In this document: positions 10,272 through 18,711 of the stretch, piece after piece
Numbering within the stretch: position 1 is the stretch's first letter
Layout of the letters: each line of letters opens with the position of its first letter
Source of the DNA: an uncultured Verrucomicrobiae bacterium
GTDB taxonomy: Bacteria > Verrucomicrobiota > Verrucomicrobiia > Limisphaerales > Palsa-1400
DNA length: 64,000 nucleotides
Direction of reading: 5' to 3'
Assembly (NCBI GenBank): GCA_963764165.1
Contig: CAVXRD010000004.1
Coordinates: 96,001-160,000 of the forward strand
Position numbers and translations under genes: made by a program
The notes under the pieces: generated by a model
Database searches by the model: none
What the model was told of the DNA's origin: nothing
The model's input: the letters and a program-made list of their open reading frames with translations, nothing else

Positions 10272-11572
10272 TGTTTTTCGGCGAGCCGGGCGCGGCGGCG
10301 GCGCTCCTCGGCGGCATCGGCGTCGAAGGAAATTTGCGGGACGATTGGACGCTTCGCCTGCAATTTCACCAGGAAAAAGAAATAGCGCAAACGCCAGCGC
10401 TGCGCCCAAGTGCCTTCCAGTTCCCCCGCCAGAACGGAATTGACCGCCTCCACCACCCCCAGATGTTTGCTTGGCTGCAGGAACAGCTCCATGAACGGCG
10501 TGGTGTAATAGTGCTCGACCATCTGCCAGTAAAAATGCATGCCGTGGCGGACGCGTTTTTCGTATTTCAGCATGTCGCGCCCGCCGCCGTCGCCGCGTTC
10601 CAGCGCCCGTTGCACCACGCCCGCCGCGGCCTTGCCCGACCACATGGCCAGATAAACGCCCGCCGAAAAAATCGGATCCATGAAGCCGGCCGCATCCCCC
10701 ACCCTCAACGTTCGCTGGCTGACGAGGCGCTGATTGTAGTAACTAAAATCCGTGGTCGTCTGGAACTGGCCCACAAGCTCGGCATTGGCCATCCTCTTCT
10801 TGACAATAGGCGTCGTGTTCAACCAGTGATGGAAGACATCCACCGGCCCGCCCGGGCCTTTCGTGAATTCATCCTTGTCAATCACAAGGCCGACGCTGGT
10901 TTTGTCCGGGGAAACGGGAATGATCCAGAACCATTTGTTGTGCAGGCGCGTGATGATGGTGTCGCCGTCGGCCTCACCCTTGCCGCGCAGCACGCCTTTG
11001 AAGTGGCCAAAGACCGCGAGTTTCCTCAAGCGCGGATGAATGACCTTCCCGCCCTCCTGGTTCCCCGTGAGATTTCCGCGGCCGCTTGCGTCAATAAGAA
11101 ATGTGGCGCGAAATTTGTAATTCTTCCCGTCCGGATCGGTGGCTTCGACATTGACGCCGCTCTCGTCGGAAGCCGTTTTCAAAACCGTCCATCCTTCGCG
11201 GGCGTCGACGCCACTCTTTCGCGCGTTCTTGAGCAGAATGTGGTCGAACACCGAGCGCTCGACGGAAAAGGCGGCGGATTCCTTATTGAACCGGCTGTCA
11301 CGGAACAGAAAGCGCGTGGAGCGGGAACCATTGCCGATAAAGAATTCCGCCGCGAGTTTTCGCGGAAAATTGGAAGCCTCCAATTCTCCCAGCACACCCA
11401 GCTCCCGGAAGATGGCGGTGTTGTAAGGCAGCAAGGATTCGCCGATATGGAAGCGGGGGAAAAATTCCTTCTCCAGAAGCAGCACACGTTTTCCCGCGCG
11501 CGACAGGTAGGTCGAGGCGCTGCTGCCGCCGGGGCCGCCGCCGATCACTATGGCATCGTATTGCGTTTCCAT
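10268..11572 (-). CDS. Flavin-dependent halogenase-like oxidoreductase
   Basis: GGGPGG Rossmann motif, FPRFHIGESLLP, Lys in FPRK, WFWIIP (WxWxIP), GDAAGFMDPIFSAGV. Confidence 0.8.
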   Translation of the reverse strand: METQYDAIVIGGGPGGSSASTYLSRAGKRVLLLEKEFFPRFHIGESLLPYNTAIFRELGVLGELEASNFPRKLAAEFFIGNGSRSTRFLFRDSRFNKESAAFSVERSVFDHILLKNARKSGVDAREGWTVLKTASDESGVNVEATDPDGKNYKFRATFLIDASGRGNLTGNQEGGKVIHPRLRKLAVFGHFKGVLRGKGEADGDTIITRLHNKWFWIIPVSPDKTSVGLVIDKDEFTKGPGGPVDVFHHWLNTTPIVKKRMANAELVGQFQTTTDFSYYNQRLVSQRTLRVGDAAGFMDPIFSAGVYLAMWSGKAAAGVVQRALERGDGGGRDMLKYEKRVRHGMHFYWQMVEHYYTTPFMELFLQPSKHLGVVEAVNSVLAGELEGTWAQRWRLRYFFFLVKLQAKRPIVPQISFDADAAEERRRRARLAEKH

Positions 11573-11573
11573 T

Positions 11574-12353
11574 TTACAGGTTGAATTCGGGTCCAAGATA
11601 AATGTCGCGAGCGCCGGGATCCTGCGTCATCGCCGGGCCAGATCCCTGATAGACCACCTTGCCGCGATGGATCAGATATGCTCGATCAACCAACTTCAAA
11701 GTTTCTCGCGCGTCGTGGTCGGTAATCAATATACCCAAGCCGCGATCTTTCAAACGGCGAATTATCTTTTGCACCTCGTATTTTGCTATGGGGTCAATCC
11801 CGCTGAAAGGCTCGTCCAGCAGGAGCAACTTCGGACTCGTCACCAGCGCACGCGTGATCTCCAAACGGCGCTTTTCGCCGCCGCTGAGCATGTAGGCCTT
11901 GCTTTTGGAAAGACGGCCCAAGTCGAGTTCGTCGAGAAGGGACTTCAGCCTCAATTCCCGCTCCCTGGCGCCCATGTCGCACGTTTCCAAAATGGCGAGA
12001 ATGTTATCTTCGACACTCAATTTCCTGAAGACCGATGGCTCCTGCGTCAAATATCCAATCCCAAGCCGGGCGCGTTTGTGCATCGGCAAGCCCGTGATCG
12101 ATTTCCCTTCGAACATGACCTCGCCCTCGTCCGGCTTAACCAGGCCGACCACGATGTTGAAGCTGGTCGTTTTGCCAGCCCCATTCGGCCCCAGCAGCCC
12201 GACGATTTCACCCGCGTTCACGAAAATGGAAACGCCATCCACCACCCGGCGGCCGCCATAGGCCTTGGCGATGCCAACGGTGGAAAGCAGCGCGTTCGCC
12301 GGCGAAGGCGAAGGCGGAGGCGCTGCGGCGGATGCTGTAACGGTCGCGCTCAT
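11574..12353 (-). CDS. lptB: LPS export ABC transporter ATP-binding protein
   Basis: GLLGPNGAGKTTSF, GYLTQEPSVFRKL, LSGGEKRRLEI, LLDEPFSGIDP, LITDH. Confidence 0.93.
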   Translation of the reverse strand: MSATVTASAAAPPPSPSPANALLSTVGIAKAYGGRRVVDGVSIFVNAGEIVGLLGPNGAGKTTSFNIVVGLVKPDEGEVMFEGKSITGLPMHKRARLGIGYLTQEPSVFRKLSVEDNILAILETCDMGARERELRLKSLLDELDLGRLSKSKAYMLSGGEKRRLEITRALVTSPKLLLLDEPFSGIDPIAKYEVQKIIRRLKDRGLGILITDHDARETLKLVDRAYLIHRGKVVYQGSGPAMTQDPGARDIYLGPEFNL

Positions 12354-14278
12354 TTATTGGCCGGATGAGAAACGATCTGATAAGTGCCAAAAGCGCGGAA
12401 TCGGCCGGCCTTCGGAAGCCACGTCAAATACAGGGCATCGGAAATAAAATGCTGTCCGTCATTGGCGAGCGGGTGGCCGGTCAGCTTGGCCTCCTCCAGG
12501 GGCACGGCGTAATCCGCCTTTTCGCCAGTCGCGTGAAGCGTTTGGTTGGTCCGGAATGAATCAATGACCACATGATGTTCGGCCACCGCGCGTTCGACTT
12601 GGTTCGTCATCACCTGTGAGAAATAGGCCGTCGCGAGGTCCGACGCAACTTGATTGGTGGGAACACCCGCGTTCGTGCCAAGCTGGCGGAGAATGACGTG
12701 ATCGTGAGCGACAATGTCCGTCAGCATTTTCGCCACGGTATCATTGTGCGCGATCAGCGTGTCGCAGGAAATGGTGTCGAACCGGCCCAGCTTGTCGGGC
12801 GCGGTTTCGCCCGTGACGTGGCCCCGGGCGGTGGCGGTCTTGATGGCATTGCTGATCAAATCCAAATCCAGTGTGTCAGAATAAAGTGTGTCCTTCAGAA
12901 CGCCGTCATCGAAGAGCCGCGTTACGACATGGCTTTTGAAATGGGTCGCGTTTGTTTCGGAATCGATGTCATCCGCCGCGATCTTCAGCCATTCATTCGT
13001 ATGCGATGCTCCGCCGACTTTCTGTTCCAGCAAGGCGTCACCATGGGCGTGGTAGGTTTTGTTCGTGGCATCGGCGGTCAGCACGCGGCCGTGAATCTTC
13101 ATTTCGTCCTTCCACCACATGGGATTTCCGTTCAATTGAAAAAGATTCCTGGCTCGGGAGTAATCCGCCGTGTCACCAGTGGCGCGGCTGTCATCATCCT
13201 GATTGGCAATGGCGACACTGCCGGTGGCGTGCATTGTCTCGATCGGTCCGTTGGTCAGCGGCCACTGGAGCGCCGCAAAATCGGCAAACAGCTTGCGGTA
13301 ACCGTGCTCGTCGACTTTTGGCGGCTCGTTCGCTTTTTGCGGCGCGTTGGGCCACCACACTTTGACGTTGCCAATGCCGGTCAGGAGATGATGAGTGCTG
13401 TCGTAAATAAATTCATCGGCCCACGCCTGCTCATCGCCGTTGTGCCAGACGGCGCCTCCGTTCAAATTCATCATTTCCACTCCGTTGGTCACGTAATAGT
13501 TCGCCTTCGGCCCCGCCGCCCAGCCCTTGTTGGTCGTTGTCAGGACGACTTCCTCCTCGGCCACCATCGATTGAACGGTGCTGTTGGTGCCCAGCTGGAT
13601 GAAAAGCTTCTTTGACACCACATCCAATTGAAAATCGATGACGTGAACATGGCCGAAATATTGGGCGGTATTGGATTCGGCGTTGAACACGGCCCAATCG
13701 GAAAAAATCTTCATGGGCTGGTTGGATGCGCCCGGCGCATTGGTTGGAGCGCTGCCGAGCATCGAACTCTTCAGCAGCGAGCGGACAATGCGCGTCTCAA
13801 CATTATTGGAAACGAAAAGCAATCGATTGGTTTCCAGGAACATGTAGCCGTCCCCTTGCACCCACACATTGGACGTTGGTGTAAACAACACAATGTGACT
13901 GGAGTCCCAGCCGCGATGCTGGACTTCGTTAATGTGGCACTCTGGAGCGCGCCCGATCAACTGCAGTTCGTTGCTGCCATGAAAGGACTTCATTTGGAAC
14001 GGCGTGATCACCCGTTCCGATTTCGAGTTGATAGATTGCGAGTTTCCGCTGAGCAGGAAGTTTACGGAACGCCCTTCCGCATTCGTGTGCCACAGATAAA
14101 TCATCGTTTTGTAGTCCGGGAAGTCGGACGATTTAGGAGCGGGCGGATTGGTGCGCGTTTGCGCGAGGGTTTCATCGGTTGCTCGGGGCGGAGGCACCTC
14201 GGGACGCGTCTGCGCGACGGTTCCGATTGCAACAAAAACCGCCAACGCCGCCAAAAGCGATAACGCAGCGCGTGACAT
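12350..14278 (-). CDS. Long LptA/OstA-family (LptC/LptA-like multidomain) periplasmic protein
   Basis: Signal peptide, repeated OstA-like motifs (AQYFGHVHV, ATGDTADY...LNGNP, ATGEKADY...LTGHP), located between kdsA and lptB. Confidence 0.75.
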   Translation of the reverse strand: MSRAALSLLAALAVFVAIGTVAQTRPEVPPPRATDETLAQTRTNPPAPKSSDFPDYKTMIYLWHTNAEGRSVNFLLSGNSQSINSKSERVITPFQMKSFHGSNELQLIGRAPECHINEVQHRGWDSSHIVLFTPTSNVWVQGDGYMFLETNRLLFVSNNVETRIVRSLLKSSMLGSAPTNAPGASNQPMKIFSDWAVFNAESNTAQYFGHVHVIDFQLDVVSKKLFIQLGTNSTVQSMVAEEEVVLTTTNKGWAAGPKANYYVTNGVEMMNLNGGAVWHNGDEQAWADEFIYDSTHHLLTGIGNVKVWWPNAPQKANEPPKVDEHGYRKLFADFAALQWPLTNGPIETMHATGSVAIANQDDDSRATGDTADYSRARNLFQLNGNPMWWKDEMKIHGRVLTADATNKTYHAHGDALLEQKVGGASHTNEWLKIAADDIDSETNATHFKSHVVTRLFDDGVLKDTLYSDTLDLDLISNAIKTATARGHVTGETAPDKLGRFDTISCDTLIAHNDTVAKMLTDIVAHDHVILRQLGTNAGVPTNQVASDLATAYFSQVMTNQVERAVAEHHVVIDSFRTNQTLHATGEKADYAVPLEEAKLTGHPLANDGQHFISDALYLTWLPKAGRFRAFGTYQIVSHPANK

Positions 14279-15105
14279 TACTTGACCCATGTGCGGACGA
14301 GCGCGTGCAATTTGACCAAGCCAGCCAGCAGCCGCGGCATCTCCGCCAGCGGAATCATGTTCGGCCCGTCGCTGAGCGCCTCGTCGGGTTTCGGGTGCGT
14401 CTCGATGAACAAGCCGTCCGCGCCGGCGGCAATTGCGCAGCGAGCCAGCACCGGGGCCATTTCGCGCTGGCCGCCCGAACGGTCGCCACCCGCGCCCGGC
14501 AATTGCACGGAGTGCGTCGCGTCAAAAATGACAGGATAACCGAATTGCCGCATGATCGGAATCGAGCGCATGTCGGCGACGAGATTGTTGTAGCCAAAGG
14601 TCGTGCCGCGTTCAGTGATCAACAATTTGCGGCTTCCCGCCTCGGCCGCCTTCATCGCGACCTGCCCCATTTCAAGCGGCGAAAGGAACTGGCCCTTTTT
14701 CAAATTCACGACCTTTCCCGTGCGGGCGGCGGCGTTGATCAAATCCGTCTGGCGGCACAAGAAGGCCGGAATCTGCAGGATGTCAACCGTAGCGGCGGCG
14801 AGATTCACCTGATCCTCTGTGTGAACATCGGTTAGAATAGGAACTTCAAGGTCGCACCTGATCCGCGCGAGAACTTGCAAGCCTTCGACAATGCCGGGCC
14901 CGCGGAAAGTGCGGGCGGAAGACCGGTTGGCCTTGTCGAAGCTGGCCTTGAAAATGTAATTGATGCCGAGGGTGGCGCATGTCTTGCGAAGCGACTTGGC
15001 GATTTGCAGGCAAAGCGCCTCGCTTTCAATGACACACGGCCCGGCGATCAAAGTCATCTGCTTTGAGTTTCGCAGCGAATTCCAAATGGCAGTATTGGTT
15101 AGCAC
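14278..15105 (-). CDS. kdsA: 2-dehydro-3-deoxyphosphooctonate (KDO8P) synthase
   Basis: IAGPCVIES, KASFDKANRSS, QIPAFLCRQTDL, KKGQF, FDATHSVQ. GTG start inferred. Confidence 0.93.
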   Translation of the reverse strand: MLTNTAIWNSLRNSKQMTLIAGPCVIESEALCLQIAKSLRKTCATLGINYIFKASFDKANRSSARTFRGPGIVEGLQVLARIRCDLEVPILTDVHTEDQVNLAAATVDILQIPAFLCRQTDLINAAARTGKVVNLKKGQFLSPLEMGQVAMKAAEAGSRKLLITERGTTFGYNNLVADMRSIPIMRQFGYPVIFDATHSVQLPGAGGDRSGGQREMAPVLARCAIAAGADGLFIETHPKPDEALSDGPNMIPLAEMPRLLAGLVKLHALVRTWVK

Positions 15106-15232
15106 GTTTTTAATGGCGTTTGTTGTACGGCAACGCGGTGGATGCCGCAAGGAAACATCGGAACTTGCCATCCGCGCATCGAACCGGTCAATCGTCAGCC
15201 AGCGTGCTAATTCAATATGAGCTGGCTTGAAA

Positions 15233-15457
15233 TTACGCCTGCGGGGGCAATGTCGGGGGACGGGATTGGGCTTTGACGAAAGCGAGGGCGCGGCGGCGAA
15301 TGCCTTCCGTAAACACCTCACGCGAGACACCTGGGGCATTCTTCAAAGCGTCTTCCAACAGCGCCTCATATCGGTCCCTCAGCAAAGAGCGATGCCTCAG
15401 GTCGCATTCGTGCGCGGCAAGGAACGCCTTTATCAGCGCCTCCAACTCTGGATTCAT
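15233..15457 (-). CDS. Small hypothetical protein (74 aa)
   Basis: ATG overlaps the stop of the upstream ORF (ATGA); helical-looking sequence. Confidence 0.6.
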   Translation of the reverse strand: MNPELEALIKAFLAAHECDLRHRSLLRDRYEALLEDALKNAPGVSREVFTEGIRRRALAFVKAQSRPPTLPPQA

Positions 15458-15852
15458 TCCGGAAACACTTTTTGCATCAGTTCCTCGGCCTGGGCATCGG
15501 TGAGTTTGTTGCCATGCCACATGGCGAGGTCATCTCTTAACATGCGCAGGGTGGCTGTCACGCCTCCTGCGATTTCCTTATCCGGAAAAACCGGGGAACT
15601 CATGGCGCTGTTGAGCAGCTCACCAAATGCAATCAGCCTTTCCAAGGTGGCTTTGTGTTTGCGCAGATCCTCCACCTTGGGATTTTCAACAAAATGGGTC
15701 CAAGGATAAAGGCCCACTTGACCGGCGATATTGGCCCAGTCCTCGGCATCGGCGATCAGTTCCTGGAAAATACGATTGGTGGCGCGTTCAATGAAGTTCG
15801 ACGGGACGATCAAGGAATCGCTCTCGACGCTGGGCATGGCGGTCACACTCAT
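15454..15852 (-). CDS. Hypothetical protein (132 aa)
   Basis: Natural composition, translationally coupled to the 74-aa ORF. Confidence 0.65.
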   Translation of the reverse strand: MSVTAMPSVESDSLIVPSNFIERATNRIFQELIADAEDWANIAGQVGLYPWTHFVENPKVEDLRKHKATLERLIAFGELLNSAMSSPVFPDKEIAGGVTATLRMLRDDLAMWHGNKLTDAQAEELMQKVFPE

Positions 15853-16146
15853 GGCCGCAACTTAACCGGTTCATGCTCACGAAGCAAGGGACGAAGAAAC
15901 GGGACGGACCGATCAAGGTCTTCTGCTTTGAATTCCGCAGCGACTTCCAAATGGCACTGTTGCTATCTTGGTTTTGAAGTGTTCCGGCGCGGCCTTCGGG
16001 TTCAGCGCCAAGTCCCGATTCAACAGCCTGCCGGAGGGAAAGGAACTTTCACGCAGAGAAAATGAGTGCGCAGAGGGCCACAAAGACCAACCCGCGCTCC
16101 ACTGGAAAACACATTGATTCATTCAATTGGATCCCTTCGCCCGGAA

Positions 16147-16228
16147 TGTAGCGGGTCTGTAGCGGCTTTGTAGCGCCCAATGTAGCGGTTTATCTGGTTG
16201 ATAATCAATGATGTAGCGGGTGTAGCGG
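16147..16228. repeat. Six direct copies of TGTAGCG(G/C) around a TTGATAATCAA near-palindrome
   Basis: Copies start at 16147, 16158, 16169, 16181, 16212 and 16221; near-palindrome at 16198-16208. Confidence 0.85.
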
Positions 16229-16398
16229 GTTTTTTGAGATTATATGCACATTCAATGCTTTACCAAAGCCAGCGCCAACCTTGCTCTCCAAACAGGTTCC
16301 CCGCAACGGCTGCTCGGAGATTCTCTCCACCGAAAACGTCGGGCAACCAGTCGAAATTAACGTTTATCTTGATTTACAACCACTTACACCCACCCCAA

Positions 16399-16426
16399 TT
16401 GACACCCGCCCGAGTTGTGTCAAACT
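16399..16426 (+). promoter_or_regulatory. Putative sigma70 promoter overlapped by a TTGACAC-N11-GTGTCAA inverted repeat
   Basis: Perfect TTGACA at 16399, CAAACT at 16421, immediately upstream of the riboswitch. Confidence 0.5.
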
Positions 16427-16437
16427 ATCAGTGTTAA

Positions 16438-16585
16438 TGCAGCCTAAGTTGGCGTGGCTTCCTCCATGCCAACGCGGGGGACCCAATTCCCGGAAGTCCG
16501 GGACGGGGCGAACGGTGGTTTATTCCGCCGAGGTCACTTTCAGGACCCAGCCCGTCAGCTAACCTCGCAGGCATCTGGAAGGGCG
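16438..16585 (+). ncRNA. Cyclic di-AMP riboswitch (ydaO/yuaA family)
   Basis: Hallmark blocks in the right order: GCGGGGGACCCA (16474), GGGGCGAA, CCCGTCAGCTAACCTCGCAGGC (16551-16572), with intervening hairpins; lies in the 5' leader of the SPFH gene. Confidence 0.88.
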
Positions 16586-16696
16586 ACCCTCTTGCCCCCG
16601 CTTGTGCGGGGTTCCCACGGTCCCCGAAACGCAATGCGTTGCGCTCTCGCGCGGCCAGAAGCCGCCGCGAAGGCCCAACCACATCGGAGTTCGTTT

Positions 16697-18475
16697 ATGA
16701 GTATTCGGACAATCATCTATATTGTCATCGGCGCAGTCGTCTTGCTGCTCTTGTTCCTTCCCACACTGCTTGGCTGGGTTCATGTCCGGGAAACGCAGGT
16801 TGGCATCGTCATCAAGCGCTTCGCGTCGCAAGGGTTGCAGCCGGGGCGATTGATCGCGCTCAATGGCGAAGCCGGTTATCAAGCCGAAACGCTGGCTCCC
16901 GGCGCGCATTTAGGGCTGTGGTTCTGGATGTATAACGTGGTCAAAGTGCCGGTCACCATCGTGCCGCAAGGCGAAATTGCGCTGGTGCTGGCGGCGGATG
17001 GCGCGGCGATTCCTTCGGAACGCATCCTCGGCAAAATTGTCGAATGCGAAAAATTCCAGGATGCGCGGAAGTTCCTGCTCAATGGCGGCGAAAAAGGCCG
17101 GCAATTGGGCATCCTGACGGCGGGAACCTATCGCATCAACACGGCGCTGTTCACGGTCATTACCGGCGCGGTGGCTCACTTGCACGGAATGACACCCGCT
17201 GATCTGCGATTGCAGCAGGTCGAGTCGGACATGGTCGGCATCGTGACAACGAATGATGGCATGTCCATCGAAGCGGGCGAAATCGCGGGGCCTGTGATTG
17301 CAGGACACGAGAACTTCCAGAACGCGCAGGCGTTCCTAGATGGCGGCGGACGCCGCGGGTTGCAGGAGCAAGTGCTCCTGTCCGGTTCGTGGAACTTGAA
17401 TCCGTGGTTCGCCAAAATCGAACAGGTGCCGATGGTGAAGATCCCGATCGGCTATGTCGGCGTGGTGATCTCGTTCGTGGGCATGGCGCATGTCGACGTC
17501 AGCGGGCAGGACTTCAAGCATGGAGATCTGGTCGCGGTAGGCCACAAAGGTGTTTGGGTGACGCCCCTTTATCCGGGCAAGCACCCGATCAATTCGCGTG
17601 TGGCGAAAGTCGAACTGGTGCCGACGACGAACATCGTGCTGAATTGGGCGTCAAGAACCGAAGCGCATAATTACGATTCGAAACTGTCGTCCATCACGGT
17701 GCGGTCGAAGGACGGCTTCGGCTTCAACCTGGACGTGGCGCAGATCATCCACGTCGGCGCGCTGGATGCGCCGAAGGTGATCTCGCGCGTCGGCTCGATG
17801 CAGAACCTGGTGGATCATGTGCTGCAGCCGATTGTCGGAAATTATTTCCGCAATTCGGCGCAAGGCTACTCGGTGCTCGATTTTTTGAGCGCGCGCAGCC
17901 AGCGGCAGACGGAAGCGTCGCAGCACATTCGCGCGGCATTGTCCGCCTACGACGTGCAGGCGATTGACACGCTGATCGGCGACATCAATCCGCCAGCGGA
18001 ATTGATGAAGACGCAGACCGACCGCAAGATCGCCGAGGAACAGCGCAAGACGTATGAGGTGCAGGAAGCCGCGCAAAACCAGCGGCAGCAGCTGGTGCGG
18101 CAGACATCGCTGGCCAACATCCAGCAGGAAGTCGTCGGCGCCGAGCAAGGCGTGAACATCGCCGAGCTGACCGCGACCGCGAGTGTCAAACACGCGGCGG
18201 GCGAAGCGGAATCGACGAAGCTCCGCGCCCTGGGCGACGCGGAAGCGATCCGCGCCACCGGTGACGCCAAAGCGGCGGCCTATCGCGCCGGCGTGGAGGC
18301 ATTGGGCGCGCAGGGCTACACGGTGATGCAGCTCATGCAAATCGTGGGCGAACGGAATGTCCGCATTGTGCCGGATGTTTCCGTGAACGGCGCAGGCACA
18401 ACCAACGGGATGGTAGACGGGCTGTTGGGAATCATGATGAAGAATCAGAATCAGGCTGCGCCGAAGCAGGCGTAG
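16697..18475 (+). CDS. SPFH/band 7 (flotillin-like) membrane protein
   Basis: N-terminal TM, repeated GQKG/RGLQ-type units, ITVRSKDGFGFNLDV SPFH core, EA-rich C-terminus. Confidence 0.88.
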   Translation: MSIRTIIYIVIGAVVLLLLFLPTLLGWVHVRETQVGIVIKRFASQGLQPGRLIALNGEAGYQAETLAPGAHLGLWFWMYNVVKVPVTIVPQGEIALVLAADGAAIPSERILGKIVECEKFQDARKFLLNGGEKGRQLGILTAGTYRINTALFTVITGAVAHLHGMTPADLRLQQVESDMVGIVTTNDGMSIEAGEIAGPVIAGHENFQNAQAFLDGGGRRGLQEQVLLSGSWNLNPWFAKIEQVPMVKIPIGYVGVVISFVGMAHVDVSGQDFKHGDLVAVGHKGVWVTPLYPGKHPINSRVAKVELVPTTNIVLNWASRTEAHNYDSKLSSITVRSKDGFGFNLDVAQIIHVGALDAPKVISRVGSMQNLVDHVLQPIVGNYFRNSAQGYSVLDFLSARSQRQTEASQHIRAALSAYDVQAIDTLIGDINPPAELMKTQTDRKIAEEQRKTYEVQEAAQNQRQQLVRQTSLANIQQEVVGAEQGVNIAELTATASVKHAAGEAESTKLRALGDAEAIRATGDAKAAAYRAGVEALGAQGYTVMQLMQIVGERNVRIVPDVSVNGAGTTNGMVDGLLGIMMKNQNQAAPKQA

Positions 18476-18495
18476 TTTAGAATAGTATTGACTCT

Positions 18496-18532
18496 GAGGA
18501 GCGCGCTTCGAAAAAGGCGCGCTCCTCTTTTT
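18496..18532 (+). terminator. Intrinsic terminator
   Basis: Stem GAGGAGCGCGC/GCGCGCTCCTC followed by TTTTT. Confidence 0.8.
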
Positions 18533-18541
18533 ACGCAAAAA

Positions 18542-18641
18542 GGTAGGGACGCCTCGCCGAGGCGTCCGGTTGCGTGTGAAATATGCCGCGGTCTGCGCGT
18601 GCCACGCCTCACTCCGGACGCCTCGGCGAGGCGTCCCTACC
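18542..18641. repeat. REPIN: inverted pair of GTAG-family REP GGTAGGGACGCCTCGCCGAGGCGTCC
   Basis: Copies at 18542-18567 and, inverted, 18616-18641. Confidence 0.85.
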
Positions 18642-18711
18642 TGGCTTCCCGCGACCAGGTCACGCTCTCCACTTGCCCTCGTTCGCAACCGTGTTTAGTA
18701 TCCGCGCGTCA

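Noticed and set aside
16198..16208. FNR or Fur box
   Set aside because: TTGAT-N1-ATCAA has the wrong spacing for FNR (N4) and only partly matches a Fur box.
16147..16228. CRISPR array
   Set aside because: Repeats are 8 bp with mostly 1-4 bp gaps; no spacer-sized regular units and no cas genes.
16454..16696. N-terminal extension of the SPFH ORF
   Set aside because: It overlaps the riboswitch; the ATG at 16697 has a GGAG ribosome site and precedes the TM helix.
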